A DNA stretch of 32,000 nucleotides from Alkalilimnicola ehrlichii MLHE-1 (GTDB taxonomy: Bacteria; Pseudomonadota; Gammaproteobacteria; Nitrococcales; Halorhodospiraceae), in assembly GCF_000014785.1 (NCBI RefSeq), contig NC_008340.1, positions 1,140,001-1,172,000 of the forward strand, in the 5' to 3' direction. The notes under the pieces are model-generated. The model ran no database searches and had not been told where the DNA came from. It saw only the letters and a program-made list of their open reading frames with translations. Positions 28,302-32,000 of the stretch are shown piece after piece (position 1 is the stretch's first letter; each line of letters opens with the position of its first letter). The translations under genes were made by a program, and so were the position numbers.

Positions 28302-31046
28302 ATGGCGCAAGAAGAACAGCAGGACCCGCGGCAGGATTTCGAGGCAGCACAGGATACCGCCTGGCACAGTCTTGATATGAAAACCGCGCTCGAGCGGTTG
28401 CAATCCTCAGCGGACGGCCTGGATAGTGAGGAGGCCAAACGCCGGCTGGAGACCCACGGCCCCAACCGGCTGCGCCCGCCGGAGAAGGACGGGCCGCTCA
28501 AGCGCTTTCTGCTGCAGTTTCACAACGTCCTGATCTACATCCTGATCGTGGCCGCCATCGGTACCGCCTTCCTCCAGCACTGGGTGGACACCGGTGTCAT
28601 CCTGGCCGTGGTGCTGATCAACGCCATCATTGGCTTTATCCAGGAGGGCAAGGCCGAGAAGGCCCTGGACGCCATCCGCGGCATGCTCTCGCCCAAGGCC
28701 ATGGTCCTGCGCGACGGGCACCGGCAGACGGTGGATGCCGAGGAGCTGGTGCCCGGGGACATTGTGCTGTTGCAGGCCGGCGACCGGGTGCCGGCGGACC
28801 TGCGGTTGGTCGAGGCGCGCAACCTGCGCATCGATGAGGCGGTGCTCACCGGGGAGTCGGTGGCGGTGGACAAGGGGCTGGATCCCGTGGATGAGGCCAG
28901 CGAGTTGGGCGATCGCAGTTCCTTGGCCTTTTCCGGCACCCTGGTGGCCTTCGGCCGCGGGCTGGGGGTGGTTGCCGAGACCGGGGAACAGACCGAGATC
29001 GGCCGGGTGAGCACCATGCTCTCCGAGGTGGAGAGCACCACCACGCCGCTGCTGCGCCAGGTGGCGCAGTTTGGTCACTGGCTCAGTGTGGCCATTGTGG
29101 CCGTGGCTGTGGCCACCTTCCTGTTCGGGTACCTGGTGCGCGATTACGCCGCCATGGATATGTTCCTGGCGGCGGTCAGTCTGGCAGTGGCGGCCATCCC
29201 CGAGGGGCTGCCCGCGATCATGACCATCACCCTGGCCATTGGCGTGCAGCGGATGGCCCGGCGCAACGCCATCATCCGGCGCCTGCCGGCGGTGGAGACG
29301 CTGGGTTCGGTGACGGTGATCTGCTCGGACAAGACCGGCACCCTTACCCGTAATGAGATGACCGTTCAGGAGGTGGTGACCGCCGACCGCCAGTACCAGG
29401 TCACCGGCGTGGGCTACGAGCCGCACGGCGACTTCGAGCTGGACGGCCGGGATGTGGAGCCCGACGACAGCCAGCCGGTGCTCTGCGAGATCCTCCAGGC
29501 GGTGATGCTTTGCAATGAGGCGCAGGTCTACGAAAAGGACGGCCGCTGGCGGATGGAGGGTGATCCCACCGAGGGGGCGCTGATCACCGCCGCCCTCAAG
29601 GCGGGGATGGACGCCCGGCAGCTGGCAGGGCGGATGCCCCGCACCGATGTGATCCCCTTCGAGTCGTCCTACAAGTTTATGGTCACCCTGCACCACGACC
29701 ATGAAGGCAACGGCTACATCATCATGAAGGGGGCGCCGGAGCGGGTGCTGGCCGTTTGCGCCGAGCAGCGCACCGCCGACGGCGACCAGCCGCTGGACCC
29801 GGACTGGTGGCAGGCGCGAATGGATGAGGTGGCGGAGCGCGGTCAGCGGCTGCTCGCCGTGGCCACCAAGCGGGTCCCGGCCGACAAGCGGGATCTGACC
29901 TTTGATGACGTGGAGGATGGGCTCGTCCTCCTCGGGGTGATGGGCATCATCGATCCGGCCCGCGAGGAGGCCATCGCTGCGGTCGGCGAGTGCCACAGTG
30001 CCGGTATCCAGGTGCGTATGATCACCGGGGACCACTCCCTCACCGCCCGCGCCATCGGCAAGCAGCTCGGGATCGGCGATGGTGAGCACGCCCTGGCCGG
30101 CCACGAGATCCAGGAGATGGACGACACCACGCTCCAGGAGCGGGCGCGGGATGTGGAGGTCTTCGCGCGGACCACGCCCGAGCACAAGCTGCGCCTGGTC
30201 AAGGTCCTGCAGGCGGACAACCAGGTGGTGGCGATGACCGGTGATGGCGTGAACGATGCCCCGGCGCTGAAGCGGGCCGATGTGGGGATCGCCATGGGCG
30301 TGAAGGGCACGGAGGCGGCCAAGGAGGCCTCCGAGATGGTGCTGGCGGACGATAATTTCGCCTCCATCGCCCATGCGGTGGAGGAGGGCCGGACGGTCTA
30401 TGACAACCTGAAAAAGGCCATCCTGTTTATCCTGCCCACCAACGGCGGGCAGGCCTTCACCATCGTCTCCGCGATTATGCTGGGTCTGGCGCTGCCGCTG
30501 GAGCCGGTACAGGCCTTGTGGGTGAATATGGTCACGGCGGTGACCCTGGCCCTGGCCCTCGCCTTTGAGCCGCCGGAGCCGGGGCTGATGGAGCGCCGGC
30601 CCAGGGAGCCGGGGCGGCCGCTGCTGTCGGGCTTCTTGATCTGGCGGGTGCTGTTCGTCTCGGCGCTGCTGGTGGTGGGCACCTTCGGTCACTATTTCTG
30701 GATGATCGAATGGGAAGGCGCCAGCCAGGAGCTGGCGCGCACCGCCGCCATCAACACCCTGGTGGTGGGGCAGATGTTTTACCTCATCAACAGCCGGTAC
30801 ATCCTCGAGTCGGTGCTCAACATCCGCGGGTTGCTGGGCAGCCGCCCGGTGCTGATTGCGATCGCGCTGCTGCTGGTCCTGCAGATGCTCTTCACTTATT
30901 CGGGGCCGTTCCAGTTCCTGTTCAGCACCGAAGGGATCGGCTGGGATGAGTGGTCGCGGATCCTGATCTTCGGGCTGGCCCTGTTCTTCATTGTCGAGGC
31001 CGAGAAGGCGGTGCTGCGGCCGAGGCTGGACCCGACCCGGGCCTGA
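28302..31046 (+). CDS. P-type cation-transporting ATPase (type II, calcium/monovalent-cation pump-like)
   Basis: [109 protein letters not shown] at 28291; start 28299 or 28302. Confidence 0.92.
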   Translation: MAQEEQQDPRQDFEAAQDTAWHSLDMKTALERLQSSADGLDSEEAKRRLETHGPNRLRPPEKDGPLKRFLLQFHNVLIYILIVAAIGTAFLQHWVDTGVILAVVLINAIIGFIQEGKAEKALDAIRGMLSPKAMVLRDGHRQTVDAEELVPGDIVLLQAGDRVPADLRLVEARNLRIDEAVLTGESVAVDKGLDPVDEASELGDRSSLAFSGTLVAFGRGLGVVAETGEQTEIGRVSTMLSEVESTTTPLLRQVAQFGHWLSVAIVAVAVATFLFGYLVRDYAAMDMFLAAVSLAVAAIPEGLPAIMTITLAIGVQRMARRNAIIRRLPAVETLGSVTVICSDKTGTLTRNEMTVQEVVTADRQYQVTGVGYEPHGDFELDGRDVEPDDSQPVLCEILQAVMLCNEAQVYEKDGRWRMEGDPTEGALITAALKAGMDARQLAGRMPRTDVIPFESSYKFMVTLHHDHEGNGYIIMKGAPERVLAVCAEQRTADGDQPLDPDWWQARMDEVAERGQRLLAVATKRVPADKRDLTFDDVEDGLVLLGVMGIIDPAREEAIAAVGECHSAGIQVRMITGDHSLTARAIGKQLGIGDGEHALAGHEIQEMDDTTLQERARDVEVFARTTPEHKLRLVKVLQADNQVVAMTGDGVNDAPALKRADVGIAMGVKGTEAAKEASEMVLADDNFASIAHAVEEGRTVYDNLKKAILFILPTNGGQAFTIVSAIMLGLALPLEPVQALWVNMVTAVTLALALAFEPPEPGLMERRPREPGRPLLSGFLIWRVLFVSALLVVGTFGHYFWMIEWEGASQELARTAAINTLVVGQMFYLINSRYILESVLNIRGLLGSRPVLIAIALLLVLQMLFTYSGPFQFLFSTEGIGWDEWSRILIFGLALFFIVEAEKAVLRPRLDPTRA

Positions 31047-31085
31047 TCGGGCCCGGGGCCTGCGCCCTGCACGCCGTCGCGGGGT

Positions 31086-31703
31086 TCAGGGGTGATCGCA
31101 CTCCGCCACCACGGTGGACAGGGCCTCCAGCAGCACATCGGTGGTCTCGGCCCCGATGATCTCGATGCGGCCGTCCATCAGGTAGAAGGGGACCGCCCTG
31201 ACGTTGAGCTCACGGGCGTGCGCCAGGTCGGCGGTCAGGCCGGCGGTACCGCCGTCCCCGGCCAGGGTCTCACGGATCAGCTCCCGGGGCATCCCGGCCT
31301 CGGCGCCGGCCATCTCCAATACCTGGTGATTGGACAGGTCACCCCCCTCGACAAAACCGGCGTGAAACAGGGCGTCGGCCACCCGTAAGGGGTCCAGACC
31401 CTGTTCGCGGGCCACCTGAACCAGCCGGTGGGCGTCGTAGGCGTCCACCAGCGGCGGGGGGTGGCGGGCCAGTGGCAGTGCGTCGGTGTGCGCCTGGTCG
31501 AGAAAATCGCGGTCCAGCTCCTGCGAGCGCGGGGGCAGGGGCGGGCGATGGCGAGAGCGCGCAGGAAACAGCTCCAATGACCGCCATATAATGCGTACCG
31601 GCGGACCGTCCGGCAGTTGCGCCAGGGCGCGCTCCAGCCTGTGTTTGCCCAGGTAGCACCAAGGGCAGACCAGATCCGAAAACAGCTCGATGTCGACACT
31701 CAT
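31086..31703 (-). CDS. DsbA-family/FrnE-like thiol oxidoreductase
   Basis: MSVDIELFSDLVCPWCYLGKHRLERAL...(CPWC) ...ELNVRAVPFYLMDGRIEIIGAETTDVLLEAL. Start MSVDIELF at 31703 rather than the track start 31763. Confidence 0.9.
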   Translation of the reverse strand: MSVDIELFSDLVCPWCYLGKHRLERALAQLPDGPPVRIIWRSLELFPARSRHRPPLPPRSQELDRDFLDQAHTDALPLARHPPPLVDAYDAHRLVQVAREQGLDPLRVADALFHAGFVEGGDLSNHQVLEMAGAEAGMPRELIRETLAGDGGTAGLTADLAHARELNVRAVPFYLMDGRIEIIGAETTDVLLEALSTVVAECDHP

Positions 31704-31846
31704 AAGCCCGACTCGGCAGCTGGGTGAATCTCCCAGTATCCTCCCCGTATCGCTGGATGTCATCCCCCGCGTGCGGAGGGCAGTTCCGGTTGCAGCCTGG
31801 GGGTGTAACGGCGATCCTGAGAATGGGCAGTGACTGAGGGGGTTGA

Positions 31847-32000
31847 ATGCGTCGAGTCACCCGAATCTTCGGGCAGTTCTCCACGGCGGGGCTGCTGTTG
31901 GGCACCCTGTTTTTCGCCTTCTCGCTGACCCCGAGCCTGTTGCCCCGGCCTTTCCTGGTGCAGGGTGTCATCTCCGGGCTGTCGTTCGCCGCAGGGTATG
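31847..32000 (+). CDS. Alpha/beta-hydrolase family membrane protein, N-terminal fragment (truncated by window edge)
   Basis: ATG at 31847 gives MRRVTRIFGQFSTAGLLLGTLFFAFSLTPSLLPRPFLVQGVISGLSFAAGY; SLTPSLLPR...QGV.SGLSFAAGY resembles Abhydrolase_9 N-termini. Confidence 0.6.
   Translation, partial: MRRVTRIFGQFSTAGLLLGTLFFAFSLTPSLLPRPFLVQGVISGLSFAAGY

Noticed and set aside
28407-30692. 761-aa minus-strand ORF
   Set aside because: Antisense shadow of the P-type ATPase gene with no recognisable domain; His/Gln/Gly-rich composition.

Overview
High-GC chromosomal window, probably from a gammaproteobacterium; the taxon is inferred from gene content only and could not be checked. (1) Bases 1-8704 are a respiratory-nitrate region: partial narG (minus), narK-type transporter A (minus), a narX-type sensor kinase and narL-type regulator (plus), narK-type transporter B (minus), and a universal stress protein (minus). 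A textbook-like NarL 7-2-7 operator lies in the narK/narX divergent intergenic region. (2) Bases 9199-13563 hold a periplasmic substrate-binding protein gene followed by a tightly packed siaB-siaC-siaD-siaA-like set: kinase, DUF1987 partner-switch protein, GGEEF diguanylate cyclase, and HAMP/PP2C phosphatase. This is the most interesting accessory module here, but it is a variant of a known pathway rather than a new system. (3) The rest is mostly housekeeping: guaB, a VIT1/CCC1-like transporter, guaA, tadA, mltF, tRNA-Ser(CGA), a monooxygenase-like ORF, an HDAC-family deacetylase, a YbaN-like protein, tmcA, an orphan NuoL/M-like proton-translocating subunit, a tandem-domain polyphosphate:AMP phosphotransferase, a P-type cation ATPase, a DsbA/FrnE-like protein, and the start of an alpha/beta-hydrolase-family membrane protein. 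(4) A palindromic intergenic repeat family occurs in two clusters (about 13.57-13.74 kb and 27.73-28.12 kb); two 78-bp copies differ at one position. I found no CRISPR array, prophage, transposase or clear defence system.
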